Positions 37,857-47,513 are shown, counted from the stretch's first letter. The stretch: DNA of 64,000 nt from Terrimicrobiaceae bacterium (GCA_041752695.1 JBGSVZ010000038.1:160001-224000); one strand, 5' to 3'. Notes: a model not told the origin generated them from the letters alone. Made by a program: numbers and translations.

Positions 37857-39365
37857 TTAACTTCGAAAGCCGTCGGCAAGGTGATAATAGACTTCGTTGC
37901 TGCGCAGGTCTTGCTTAAACTGTGCGAGGCGGGTGTCCGAGTTGATGAGGACGTTTTCCAGGCCTGCGATGGTGGCGAAGTCTTCCAGCATTTCCGCCGT
38001 GACGGCGTAGCTGTAGCCGGTGTGATGGGCTCCGCCGGCGAGGATCCAGGCCTGGCAGGCGGTTTTGAAATCGGGTTTGCATTCCCAAACGGCGCGCGCG
38101 ACCGGGAGGTGGGGCATTTTGGGAACCTTCACCGCCTTGACCTCGTTGATGATGAGGCGGAAGCGGTTTCCGAGATCGACCAGGGAGGCGTTGAGGGCTT
38201 CGCCGGACGGGGCATCAAAGACAAAACGCACCGGGTCTTCCTTGCCACCGATACCCAACGGGTGAATTTCGACCTTGGGTTTCCCGGAGGCAATGGTGGG
38301 ACAGATTTCCAGCATGTGCGAGCCAAGCACCTGGTGACCCTTGGGCGAGAGGTGATAAGTGTAATCCTCCATGAAAGTGGTGCCGCCGGGCAGTCCGTGG
38401 GCCATGACTTTCATGGCTCGGACCAGTGCCGAAGTTTTCCAATCGCCTTCCCCGCCAAAGCCGTATCCGGTCGCCATGAGGCGCTGGGTGGCCATGCCGG
38501 GGAGCTGGCGCAGGCCGTGCAGGTCCTCGAAGGTATCGGTAAACGCGACCGCGCCGAGCTCTTCGAGAAACGCGGACATTCCCAGTTCAAGTCGGGCGCT
38601 GTAGCGCAGTTCGTCGTGGCGTTTCCCGCCCTTTCTGAGCACGGGGACTACGGCGTATTGTTTTTCGTAGTCAGCGCAAAGTTCCGTGATGCTCTTGTCG
38701 GAGATCGCATTGACCCGGGTGACGAGATCGCCCACGCCGTGGGTATTGGTGGCGAAGCCCAATTGGATTTCGGCGGACACTTTATCACCTTCGGTGACGG
38801 CCACCTGCCGCATGTTGTCGCCGAAACGAATCACTTTCGCCCCCTGCCAGTCGTGCCAGGCACGGGCTGCCCGCATCCAGGATCCGAGGCGCTGCTGAAC
38901 CTCGGCGTCAGACCAATGGCCGACAACCACCTTGCGGCCAAGGCGCAGACGGGTATGGATGAACCCGGCTTCGCGGTCGCCGTGCGCGGCCTGGTTGAGG
39001 TTCATAAAATCCATGTCGATCGTGCTCCACGGCAGGTCGCGATTGAATTGGGTGTGGAGGTGAAGGAAGGGTTTCCTGAGCGTAGTGAGGCCACGGATCC
39101 ACATTTTCGACGGCGAAAAGGTGTGCATCCAAATCACCAGGCCGGCGCAGTTCGTATTGCCATTGGCTTCGAGACAAAGATTGGCAATTTCGTCGGGAGT
39201 GGTGAGCAATGCCTTAAATTTCAGCGGAAGAGGCAAGTGCTTGGACTTGGCGAGTCCGTCAACGACGGCTTGGGCATTGGCGGAGACCTGTTTGAGCGGG
39301 CCTTCGCCGTAGAGGTGTTGCGAACCGCAGACGAACCAGATTTCAGGAGTGGAGAGATTTTTCAT
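37857..39365 (-). CDS. araA: L-arabinose isomerase
   Basis: [40 protein letters not shown]. Confidence 0.97.
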   Translation of the reverse strand: MKNLSTPEIWFVCGSQHLYGEGPLKQVSANAQAVVDGLAKSKHLPLPLKFKALLTTPDEIANLCLEANGNTNCAGLVIWMHTFSPSKMWIRGLTTLRKPFLHLHTQFNRDLPWSTIDMDFMNLNQAAHGDREAGFIHTRLRLGRKVVVGHWSDAEVQQRLGSWMRAARAWHDWQGAKVIRFGDNMRQVAVTEGDKVSAEIQLGFATNTHGVGDLVTRVNAISDKSITELCADYEKQYAVVPVLRKGGKRHDELRYSARLELGMSAFLEELGAVAFTDTFEDLHGLRQLPGMATQRLMATGYGFGGEGDWKTSALVRAMKVMAHGLPGGTTFMEDYTYHLSPKGHQVLGSHMLEICPTIASGKPKVEIHPLGIGGKEDPVRFVFDAPSGEALNASLVDLGNRFRLIINEVKAVKVPKMPHLPVARAVWECKPDFKTACQAWILAGGAHHTGYSYAVTAEMLEDFATIAGLENVLINSDTRLAQFKQDLRSNEVYYHLADGFRS

Positions 39366-39380
39366 TTAGAGGGACGAGGG

Positions 39381-41039
39381 TTATTGAGCGGTTTTGAGGG
39401 CGATGAGACGTTTCATGACCTGCGAAAGATCGGCGGATTTTGTCACGCCGCCGAAGGCATCGTGAACGTCCCGGTAGAGGGCATACAGTTGGTCGTAGGT
39501 CTTCTGGCTTTCGGGAGTGGGGATATAGGCGACATCTTTCAGGGAAGTCATCGCCTTCTGCGCCGCGGGAAAGTCGGGATGGACACCCGCCAGCACCGCG
39601 GCGGAGACGGCGGCCCCGAGAGCGCAGGCCTGACTCGAACCCGCCACGCGGATGGTGCAGTCGGTGATGTCCGCGTAAATTTGCATGGCCAGCGGGCTTT
39701 TCTCCGCGATGCCGCCGGCGCACACGACGTTGTCAATGGGAACGCCGTATTCCCGGATGCGTTCAATGATGGCGCGCGCGCCGAAGGCGGTGGCTTCGAT
39801 GAGGGCGCGATAAATTTCCGCGCGGGTCGTGTAAAGCGTCTGGCCGAGCAGGAGTCCGGTGAGCATGGGATCGACGAGGATGGTGCGGTTTCCGTTGTTC
39901 CAATCGAGAGCGAGAAGGCCGCTTTGCCCGGCCCTCAGTTCCAAGGCCTCCCGGGTGAGTTCGGCATGCAGGGAAGCGTCGCCCTGACAGACCACTTCCA
40001 CCCACCATTTGAAAATGTCTCCCACGGCGGATTGTCCGGCCTCGATACCGTAGAACCCCGGGAGAATCGCCCCCTTCACGATGCCGCAGATGCCGGGGAT
40101 ATCGGGCACGACCTTGTCGGCGGAGACGACCCCGCAATCGCAGGTGGAGGTACCAATGACTTTGACCAGCGTGCCTTCCCGCACGCCGCTGCCGATGGCT
40201 CCGTAGTGCACATCCATTTCCCCAATGGCGATGGGGATTCCCTCCGGCAGGCCAAGGCGCGCGGCCCATTCCGGACACAGGGCCCCGGCGGCGTGACTCG
40301 CATCGTGGGCCGTTTCATAGAGGCGGTCGCGCAAGTCGGCGAGGCTGGGGTCGAGCAAAGCAAGGAATTCCTTGTCCGGCAGTCCGCCCCACTCGTCGCT
40401 GTAGAGCGCCTTGTGTCCGGCCATGCAAACGCCACGCTGAATCGCGCGGGGATCTTTCACGCCCGCGAGCACCGAGGGAATCCAGTCGGCCAGTTCCACC
40501 CAGCTGAAAGCGGCGTCGAAAACTTCCGGCGCGATTTTCCGGCAACGCCAGATTTTCGACCAAAACCACTCCGACGAATACGTGTTGCCGCATTTCGCGA
40601 TGAAGTGGGGACGATGTTCCGCCGCGAGGCTGGTGATGGCGGCGGCTTCCAGGTGGCTGGTGTGGTCCTTCCACAGCCAGCACTGGGCGGGAAGGCTGTC
40701 TTTCCATTCGGGGAGCAGCGCCAGTGGGTGGTTTTCCGCGTTGACGGGGAGGGGGCTCGACCCGGTGGTGTCAACGCCGATCCCGACGATGGCTGCGGCT
40801 GAGAACCCCGGCTTCCCTGTCGCTTGGGCAAGAGCCGCCAGGACGCTTTTTTCCAGTCCGAAAAGGTAGTCCGCCGGATTTTGCCGGGCGAGGTGATGGT
40901 CGTGACGGTCCAGCAGAACGCCCTGGTGGCCGCTGGGATAATCCACCACCCCTGTGCCGTATTCCGCGCCGGTGGCGCAGTCCACAATGAGGGCCCGGAC
41001 AGAGTTTGTGCCGTAGTCAATACCGAGGGAGAAACGCAT
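39381..41039 (-). CDS. araB: ribulokinase
   Basis: LGIDYGTNSVR, WKDHT, YSSEWFWSK, AGQSAVGD, LDWNNGNRT. Confidence 0.95.
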   Translation of the reverse strand: MRFSLGIDYGTNSVRALIVDCATGAEYGTGVVDYPSGHQGVLLDRHDHHLARQNPADYLFGLEKSVLAALAQATGKPGFSAAAIVGIGVDTTGSSPLPVNAENHPLALLPEWKDSLPAQCWLWKDHTSHLEAAAITSLAAEHRPHFIAKCGNTYSSEWFWSKIWRCRKIAPEVFDAAFSWVELADWIPSVLAGVKDPRAIQRGVCMAGHKALYSDEWGGLPDKEFLALLDPSLADLRDRLYETAHDASHAAGALCPEWAARLGLPEGIPIAIGEMDVHYGAIGSGVREGTLVKVIGTSTCDCGVVSADKVVPDIPGICGIVKGAILPGFYGIEAGQSAVGDIFKWWVEVVCQGDASLHAELTREALELRAGQSGLLALDWNNGNRTILVDPMLTGLLLGQTLYTTRAEIYRALIEATAFGARAIIERIREYGVPIDNVVCAGGIAEKSPLAMQIYADITDCTIRVAGSSQACALGAAVSAAVLAGVHPDFPAAQKAMTSLKDVAYIPTPESQKTYDQLYALYRDVHDAFGGVTKSADLSQVMKRLIALKTAQ

Positions 41040-41088
41040 ACATCGGGGAGCATCGCAGGGCATTTTCCCTCGTAAAGCGTCCGGTTAC

Positions 41089-41111
41089 TTGACAGTAATG
41101 TCAAACTGTCA
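41089..41111. promoter_or_regulatory. palindromic operator/promoter between araB and the LacI gene
   Basis: TTGACA-GTAA-TGTCAA (41089-41104) overlapping TGACAG-N10-CTGTCA (41090-41111). Confidence 0.6.
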
Positions 41112-41137
41112 GGATGCGAGCCGCGCTGCCGCCAACT

Positions 41138-41196
41138 GTTGGAGTTCAGGCTTCAGCCTGCTTCCCATTCAGACAGCCTAAAGACTGGACTCCAAC
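41138..41196. repeat. REP doublet (REPIN-like), copy 1
   Basis: GTTGGAGTTCAGGCTTCAGCCTG ... CAGCCTAAAGACTGGACTCCAAC. Confidence 0.75.
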
Positions 41197-41223
41197 GGCC
41201 CTTTTTCCGTGGAAATCGCCGTG

Positions 41224-42345
41224 ATGAAAAAGTCTCCCACCATGGCTGACGTGGCCCGCGCCGCGGGGGTTTCCAAAAACACCGTTTCGCTGGCGCTGCG
41301 GAATAGTCCGCAGATTCCGGAAGTCACCCGGCGCCGCATTGCCGCCACCGCCCGGCGGCTGAAATACCGGAAAAATGCCGTGGTCGCGCAGTTGATGACG
41401 GAGATGCGCCGCGCCCGGGCGCCGGGATTTCAGTCGGTGCTGGCATTGCTCAACGCCAATCTCGATCGTCAGGCTTTCCGCGACCATCCGACGATTCCGG
41501 TGTATGTGGAAGGCTGCCGAAGGCGGGCGCAGGAACTGGGCTACACGCTTGATGAGTTCTGGCTGCACGATCCGGATCTGGACGGGGTGCGGTTAAACAC
41601 GATCTTCGAAGCCCGCGGGATTCGGGGCGCGCTGGTGGTTGGGCTGATGCGGGAGAACCGTTTGCCCGATCGGTTTTTGCCCACATGGGCAGGTTTTCCC
41701 GCTGTCGTAACGGGCGTGCGAACCCGGGATCCGGCCCTATCCTTTGCCAGCACCGATCACCATATCCTGGCGATGCGGGCGTTTCAGCGGGGCATCGAGC
41801 TCGGGTATCGACGGCCGGCGTTGGTGATTGATCCCGTGATTGACCGCCTGGTGGATGGACGGTTTAGTGCGGGCGTTCGCACCGCCCAGCAGGACATCCC
41901 GGCCCGCCAGCGCGCCAGGCCGTTTTTTCTCACCGGGGAAACGGAAGCCGAGGAAAAGCGGTTCGGGCTCTGGTTGAAAAAAGAACGCCCGGACGCGATT
42001 CTCACGCTCTACAATGTCGTGCGCCGCTGGCTGGCCAACCTGCCCGTGGCCGTGCCGCGCGATGTCGGGTTGATTCAGCTCGAATGGCGGACGGATTCCC
42101 CGGATTGGGCGGGAATGGACCAGCACAACGACGTGGTGGGCGGAGCCGCCGTCGAGATGCTGGTGGGGATGATTCACAATCACGAAACCGGCATCCCGGC
42201 CTTTCCCCGCGCCACGCTGGTCGGGAGTACGTGGGTGGATGGGGCGACGGTTTCACTCGCCATCAAGAAACCGCCGGGCATTCATCAAGCTCTCCCAATG
42301 ACCGGGAAATCGCCTGGTAGCTTCCGCGGGGCGTCAGGCGGGTGA
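41224..42345 (+). CDS. LacI-family transcriptional regulator
   Basis: TMADVARAAGVSKNTVSLALRN HTH; divergent from araBAD. Confidence 0.92.
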   Translation: MKKSPTMADVARAAGVSKNTVSLALRNSPQIPEVTRRRIAATARRLKYRKNAVVAQLMTEMRRARAPGFQSVLALLNANLDRQAFRDHPTIPVYVEGCRRRAQELGYTLDEFWLHDPDLDGVRLNTIFEARGIRGALVVGLMRENRLPDRFLPTWAGFPAVVTGVRTRDPALSFASTDHHILAMRAFQRGIELGYRRPALVIDPVIDRLVDGRFSAGVRTAQQDIPARQRARPFFLTGETEAEEKRFGLWLKKERPDAILTLYNVVRRWLANLPVAVPRDVGLIQLEWRTDSPDWAGMDQHNDVVGGAAVEMLVGMIHNHETGIPAFPRATLVGSTWVDGATVSLAIKKPPGIHQALPMTGKSPGSFRGASGG

Positions 42346-44611
42346 TCAGGCGCCTGTCGGTGTCCGATGGCTCGTCCAAATGAAACACCAGATACGCCGA
42401 CGCGGTGGTGGGCAGCAAATCCTTCGGCCAGTCCTCGGCGCGAAGGAGATTGCAGAGCGTTTCCTTCGACATCATTTCGCACGAGAGAATCTGGGCCCGC
42501 CAACGCAGCGAAATTCTTTCGGTCCGGCTTCCGGCGTAGGGACAAAGCACAGCGCCCGACATATTTCCCAGCTGGATGCGGATCGGGGAGCGGTCCTCGT
42601 CGTTTTTGAGCGCGCGGGTGTACACCAGCCGCTTCGCCCGCGACAATTCCCGCACCTCCTCCTTCAAGTAAACGAGCACGCAGGCCGCGCCGGGCCGATA
42701 GGTTTTCAGCCCCCCGTATTCGACGGGATTTTCCCTCACGGTGGCGTGAAGCACATCGGTGAAGTGGCGGTATTGGGTGAACTGGTTCGCCTGGTGCCGG
42801 AAAACATCCCGCAGGAAATTTTTGAGCGTTTCCCGGCACTCCGGTTGGCCGGGCTTCAGGACAAATGCACCCACGCCGGGAACAATTTCGTGGAATTTGC
42901 TCAGTGTCGTCTCCGTGTCGGACCCGGGGTAGAGCACGTAGGAACCGGCGGTCTGGCGCACCGCATCGTTGTAGGTGTGCATTTTCAACAAATCCCCCCT
43001 CTGATAGGTGGAGGTGGCTTTGCCTTCCTGCTTCTCGGCATCAAGGGCGTCGTCCTGGTCGACATCGCCGAAGATCATCTTCAGGTTTTCCGCACGGTAT
43101 TTGGCATCGAAATGCAGATAGGCGATCTTGCCGTCCGCCGCCGCCTCCTGTTCGTTGGCAAAGCGAAGGGGAAAAATCGCGAGCGTGTAGTCCGGCTTGA
43201 ACTGCCGGGAATAGGAGGAGGCTCCGGTGGCCTTTGCCTGGATCTGAAAGGTCCGCTCGTAGTAGAGATGCAGTCGCAGGACGGTGCCGCCCCCCAGTGT
43301 GATGGTAAAGGGCGCGCAGGTTTTTCGCCCACGTTTGAGGTTGATGACGATCTCGCCGTTTCTGCTTTCCAGGAAGGGTTCGGCGTCCTCTGCGGGGCGG
43401 GGGTTGTCCGCGCCACGGACGACTCCCTCGATCCCGTCGAGGATTTCGTGCAGTTGCAGGAAAATCCAATACTCATAGAGCGTTGCCACGTTCCGGGTCG
43501 GCCCGTGGTAGCTCTCCTCGTCGCGATCCCAGGAGAGTGCCGAGGCCGCCTGGGTGAGGAGCCATGCGCGCAGAATTTCCCGGTATCCGTTTCTTTTCCG
43601 GAGGGTGGGATTGTCGAGGGGGAGCCTGGCCATGGGGCCGAGTTGCTGGAAAAAGGGGCGCGCCAGGGCCGCATCCAGCGCCTCGCCCAATCCGGTCGCC
43701 TCCCGGGCGAGGCTGAGTGCGGCGGGGTGCTTCTCCACCACCTCGCGGCACAAATTCCGAAACTGGAGCAGGGCGAACTTGATGAATCGGTTCGGGGGCG
43801 TATCGACGGACTCCTCCTTGCGGATGTCCCGCACCTGCGCCGGCAGGAGGCGGCTCCCCGGCGGCCGCCTGTGCCAGTCCCTTGCCATGGCGGCCGGGTC
43901 GGACAGCCAGTCGCGCGATCCGGCGGAGGCGGAGGGGGTCCAATGCAGTTCCCGGGTGAATCGGGAGTTCGGCCGGCGTTGGAGGGATTCCAGAATCTCT
44001 TCCAGCCGGCCCGGAGGGAGATGCGAGCGGAGAAACAAAAATTGCTCCAGGGTGAGGCGTGCAGGGTGCTCCGCATCGGTTCCGAAGCTCAAGGACGTCG
44101 GCGCATCCCAATGGAGGAGCACCTGCTGGCAGAAATCCGCAATGTCCTCCGTGATCTGCCGGAACTCCGTATGGTAATCCAGTTTTCTCGAGACCACCTC
44201 AAAGACGAACCGGTGCGTTGTCTGTCCGACGGTGAGGGTGAAGTCCGCCATCCCCAGATGATTGACCACCGCAAACGAGCCGGAGAGGGTTTTTACCCGC
44301 CGGGTGCTCCATTGGCGGCGCGGCAGGGATTCCAGGGAACTTGCCACCGTTATTTTGTCCGTCCCCACCACTTCCCAATCGTAGGCCTGCGTTTCCAGCA
44401 ACCGGATGAGCCTGTCTCCTCCCGGCGTTTCCTCCAGCACGATGGGCGGCAATCCCGAGGCATCGCCCCGCGCGGGATGGGCCTTGATCCCGTCGCGCAG
44501 CGCCGGAAAGGCCTCGTCCTCCGGGTTCAGGGTCTCGGGGCAACCCGGCGTGGAGAGCACCCACCAGGTGTCGGACTCCAGCCGGAAGGCGATGGCCGAG
44601 CAAACGTTCAT
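42263..44611 (-). CDS. McrC-like DUF2357 + PD-(D/E)xK nuclease
   Basis: SRKLDY, DTPPNRFIK, TLYEYW, PDYTL, FDAKYR, DLLKMHTYNDA, YVLYPG. Confidence 0.88.
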   Translation of the reverse strand: MNVCSAIAFRLESDTWWVLSTPGCPETLNPEDEAFPALRDGIKAHPARGDASGLPPIVLEETPGGDRLIRLLETQAYDWEVVGTDKITVASSLESLPRRQWSTRRVKTLSGSFAVVNHLGMADFTLTVGQTTHRFVFEVVSRKLDYHTEFRQITEDIADFCQQVLLHWDAPTSLSFGTDAEHPARLTLEQFLFLRSHLPPGRLEEILESLQRRPNSRFTRELHWTPSASAGSRDWLSDPAAMARDWHRRPPGSRLLPAQVRDIRKEESVDTPPNRFIKFALLQFRNLCREVVEKHPAALSLAREATGLGEALDAALARPFFQQLGPMARLPLDNPTLRKRNGYREILRAWLLTQAASALSWDRDEESYHGPTRNVATLYEYWIFLQLHEILDGIEGVVRGADNPRPAEDAEPFLESRNGEIVINLKRGRKTCAPFTITLGGGTVLRLHLYYERTFQIQAKATGASSYSRQFKPDYTLAIFPLRFANEQEAAADGKIAYLHFDAKYRAENLKMIFGDVDQDDALDAEKQEGKATSTYQRGDLLKMHTYNDAVRQTAGSYVLYPGSDTETTLSKFHEIVPGVGAFVLKPGQPECRETLKNFLRDVFRHQANQFTQYRHFTDVLHATVRENPVEYGGLKTYRPGAACVLVYLKEEVRELSRAKRLVYTRALKNDEDRSPIRIQLGNMSGAVLCPYAGSRTERISLRWRAQILSCEMMSKETLCNLLRAEDWPKDLLPTTASAYLVFHLDEPSDTDRRLITRLTPRGSYQAISRSLGELDECPAVS

Positions 44612-44624
44612 CCGGAGGGAAAAA

Positions 44625-46160
44625 TCAGCAGATGAAGCTCACAAACTGTTCCTCCACGAGCACTTCGATCATGCGTTCCAATTTCTCGTAGGAGGTCTTG
44701 AACTTCGGACTGGCGACGCCGCGCGCGGCTTGCAGGGTGCGCTTTGGTGCCGCGCCGTCCTTCGGGAAGTGCTCCAGCGCCGCCGCCTCATCCCCGCCCG
44801 CGCAATACCGGGCCAGGGCACCGAGCAGCGGAGCCAGACGCGAGCGGCTGCCATGCAGTTTCGGAAGAATTTTTTGCAAAATCTGTTCATCGAGCGAGCC
44901 GTGCCACTTCCCGTCCGCGGCCCAGGCCAGTCTTTCTGCGTCCCCGGGCCCCGCGAGAAAATGCGCGGTCCGCAGATAGGCCAGCACCTCCCGCCCCGTA
45001 CGGAAGCCGAACTCGCCGCGGCCCCGCTTCATGATCCGGAACAAGGCCATCAGGTGGTCCGCCGCTTCCTGCCGCACCGTATCCGGCAAGGCCGGAACCT
45101 CCGTAACCTCTGGATCGTCCTCATCGCCCTGAATGACACCCGCCGCTGCCAGGAAGGGGATCCCGTAATCCCGGGCTTCGGCGATCCCTGCCGGGGGCTC
45201 CTGCCTGCGCAAAAATTCCCCCAGCGCGGTTTCCCCGGCGTGTATCTCGATCACATTCGCCCGATCGAGAACCTTCGGACTGAACATATGGGTCGTCTCG
45301 TCGATGTTGACGGTTCCAATCACGAAAAGATTCGCGGGAAAATCGATGTTTCCCGGGACAGGCTGCCCCGATCTCGTCACCGCCTCGCCAGCGGCGTGCA
45401 GTTTTAGGGCTCCGGTTTTGTCCTTCAGTTCCATGGCCGAGAGAAAATCGGCGAAATACCGCTCCACATGGGAAAGGTTCATCTCGTCGAGAATCAAGAC
45501 GTGCGGCTTCTCCGCCGATTCGTTCGCGTGAAGAATCAGCTCGAGAATCGGCGTGGTCTCGTAGATCGGCCGGGCTTCCCCGCCGTCTTCGGTTTCCAGG
45601 GGGTTCAGGTATCCAAGGACATGGCGGTTGTCCGTCCAGTCGGCGCCCACCGCCACTACCGCCCGGGATTCGCGGTCCGTCAGGCTCTCGGCGAACTTGA
45701 TGGCTTCCCTGGTTTTGCCCGTGCCGGACGGACCCGTGAGGATGAGAAAGGGCTTGGCTAGGAGGGCGCGGGTGATGGGGGTGTTTGGTATGATATTATG
45801 ACTTCCCCCCGACTCCAAGAGATCCTGCCAACCTTTTTGCTGGATGGTCTTCACCGCCCGATCGGAAAGCCTTCTGCCAGCGTGACTCTTCCAACAACTC
45901 ACGTCATTTTTGGAAAATCCAGACATTCCCTTAGCTCCAGCTGCCTCCGCCTCTGGATCCAAATATCGGAAGTTTTTTAGCTTAAGTGCAATGCTTGATG
46001 GTTGCCTGTTCTGCTCACTCGCAAGCAGGGTAACTTCCTCGTTTCCTACATCCAAAGTGTTTCCACCCGGCGACAAATACATTTTCAGGACGTCGAGTGT
46101 TTGGACGTCACTCCATTTCGTTCGGTCTTGAACGGCGTCTTGATCTGGTGGCGTTTTCAT
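44625..46160 (-). CDS. mcrB: McrB-like AAA+ GTPase (NxD type)
   Basis: GPSGTGKT, VGADWTD, LDEMNLSHVERYFADFLS, GTVNIDETT.FSPKVLDRAN, QKILPKLHG. Confidence 0.9.
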   Translation of the reverse strand: MKTPPDQDAVQDRTKWSDVQTLDVLKMYLSPGGNTLDVGNEEVTLLASEQNRQPSSIALKLKNFRYLDPEAEAAGAKGMSGFSKNDVSCWKSHAGRRLSDRAVKTIQQKGWQDLLESGGSHNIIPNTPITRALLAKPFLILTGPSGTGKTREAIKFAESLTDRESRAVVAVGADWTDNRHVLGYLNPLETEDGGEARPIYETTPILELILHANESAEKPHVLILDEMNLSHVERYFADFLSAMELKDKTGALKLHAAGEAVTRSGQPVPGNIDFPANLFVIGTVNIDETTHMFSPKVLDRANVIEIHAGETALGEFLRRQEPPAGIAEARDYGIPFLAAAGVIQGDEDDPEVTEVPALPDTVRQEAADHLMALFRIMKRGRGEFGFRTGREVLAYLRTAHFLAGPGDAERLAWAADGKWHGSLDEQILQKILPKLHGSRSRLAPLLGALARYCAGGDEAAALEHFPKDGAAPKRTLQAARGVASPKFKTSYEKLERMIEVLVEEQFVSFIC

Positions 46161-46203
46161 GGAAATCAGGAGTAACTATTGCAGGGGGAATGGGAACAAA
46201 TTC

Positions 46204-47250
46204 TTAGCTTCTCGCGACTAAAGGTGCCGCCCGGTTCCGTCTTGCCTCATAGGGAGGCAAATGCACTTCATTATTTCCATAACACGCGGTCGGGGAATAG
46301 CGATGACGATGCAGGCGTTTGAAGCATTTTTTGCTGTCATCTCCTTCCAGAATGGACTGGAAACGCGGCAAAGCGGCACGCGGCGTGAAGCAATGTGCTG
46401 CGTTTGGGTGACTGGTTACCGCGTTTTTTTGGAACCAATGCTGCACGGTGAGCTCCGCAGGGGCTTTGGTGGGGCGAGGAGAACCTCCGAACTTCGAGGT
46501 GGAGGGCCAGTCGAAAGCAAAGGCCGTGCGCTCCGGGTGTTTGATCGAGGCGCCCCAGTCAAAACTCTGCATCGCAATCTTTCTTTGCTTCATGAAGGTT
46601 TTGGCGGCTCCAAAAAGGATGATGCGATCGCGGTCTTGCGGCGCGCCGAATTCAATCGAATTGAGCAGTTTTGATTTCGTCTCGTATCCAGCGGCCTCGA
46701 GGTCCGACACCAGTCCGTCGAAAAACTCCCGGTGCCTCTTTGTTCTCCAGAGACCTTTGACGTTCTCAAAGACGAACCAGTCGGGTTTTTGGGCAATGAT
46801 CACGTCGATATAGGATCGGGAAAGCCGTCCGTTATCGCCGGTGTGGCCGCGGTTTTTTCCGCCCACGGAGAAATCCGGGCAGGGCGGGCCGCCGATGAAT
46901 CCCACCGTCTGCCCATTCGCCCGGACATCGGCGAGGTGTTTTTTCAGAACCTCTGCGGCTGCTGGCCGGAGGTGATCGTCAATCGAATCGCAGGCGATTC
47001 CGAAGCGGGGCAGGGGTAGTCCCATTCGCGTGCGGGAGTGGCGGTAGCCTTCGACAAAATCCCGATTGAGTTCGTTCGCAAAAACAACCTCGAACCCGGA
47101 TGTTTCGAACCCGAGATCAAGAAAACCGGCACCGGAGAAAAACGAAAATATCGCGTGTTTTGGGGTGTCCGGATTGGGAACGGGAGATTTGGCGGCACGG
47201 TGGACGGTCATGGAAAGTGGTTGGGCGCGGTGCGTCGGGCCCGTTTTCAA
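46204..47250 (-). pseudogene. DNA (cytosine-5) methyltransferase, C-terminally truncated (motifs IX-X absent)
   Basis: FSGAG (I), GGPPC (IV), FENV (VI), PQDRDR (VIII). Ends YGNNEVHLPPYEARR then 10 unrelated residues and a stop; no GN(G/A)V motif X. Confidence 0.75.
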
Positions 47251-47438
47251 CGGGCCTCCTTCACGGCGAAAAGCGGCGTGTCGGCCTGGATGTATTTTTC
47301 CACGGCATCGCGAATGATCCAGGCGTTGGACACCTTTCTGGCCCGGGCCATGCGACAGACCTGCTCGTAATCGGAAGGCGGAACCGTGACGGTGATCCGG
47401 GTGCCCGTTTGCGGCCGTTTGGCGGATTCTGAGGACAT
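47247..47438 (-). CDS. ribbon-helix-helix (CopG-like) regulator
   Basis: RITVTVP...VSNAWIIRDAVEKYI; its stop overlaps the MTase TTG (TTGA). Confidence 0.85.
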   Translation of the reverse strand: MSSESAKRPQTGTRITVTVPPSDYEQVCRMARARKVSNAWIIRDAVEKYIQADTPLFAVKEAR

Positions 47439-47439
47439 G

Positions 47440-47472
47440 GCATCATCTTGCATCACCCTGGTGTCCTGTCAA
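47440..47472 (-). promoter_or_regulatory. promoter/operator of the RHH-MTase-McrBC operon
   Basis: TTGACA (47472-47467); TGATGC direct repeats 10 bp apart (47455-47450, 47445-47440). Confidence 0.55.
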
Positions 47473-47513
47473 TCGAGGCGTGATTCCTTTTCCCTGACCC
47501 GAAGGGCGTTTGA

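Noticed and set aside
37881..40802. 973 aa plus-strand ORF
   Set aside because: Antisense shadow of araA/araB in GC-rich DNA; no motifs.
46204..46800. Alternative-frame beta subunit or frameshift restoring MTase motifs IX-X
   Set aside because: No R.lS..E...Q or GN.V motif found in nearby frames.
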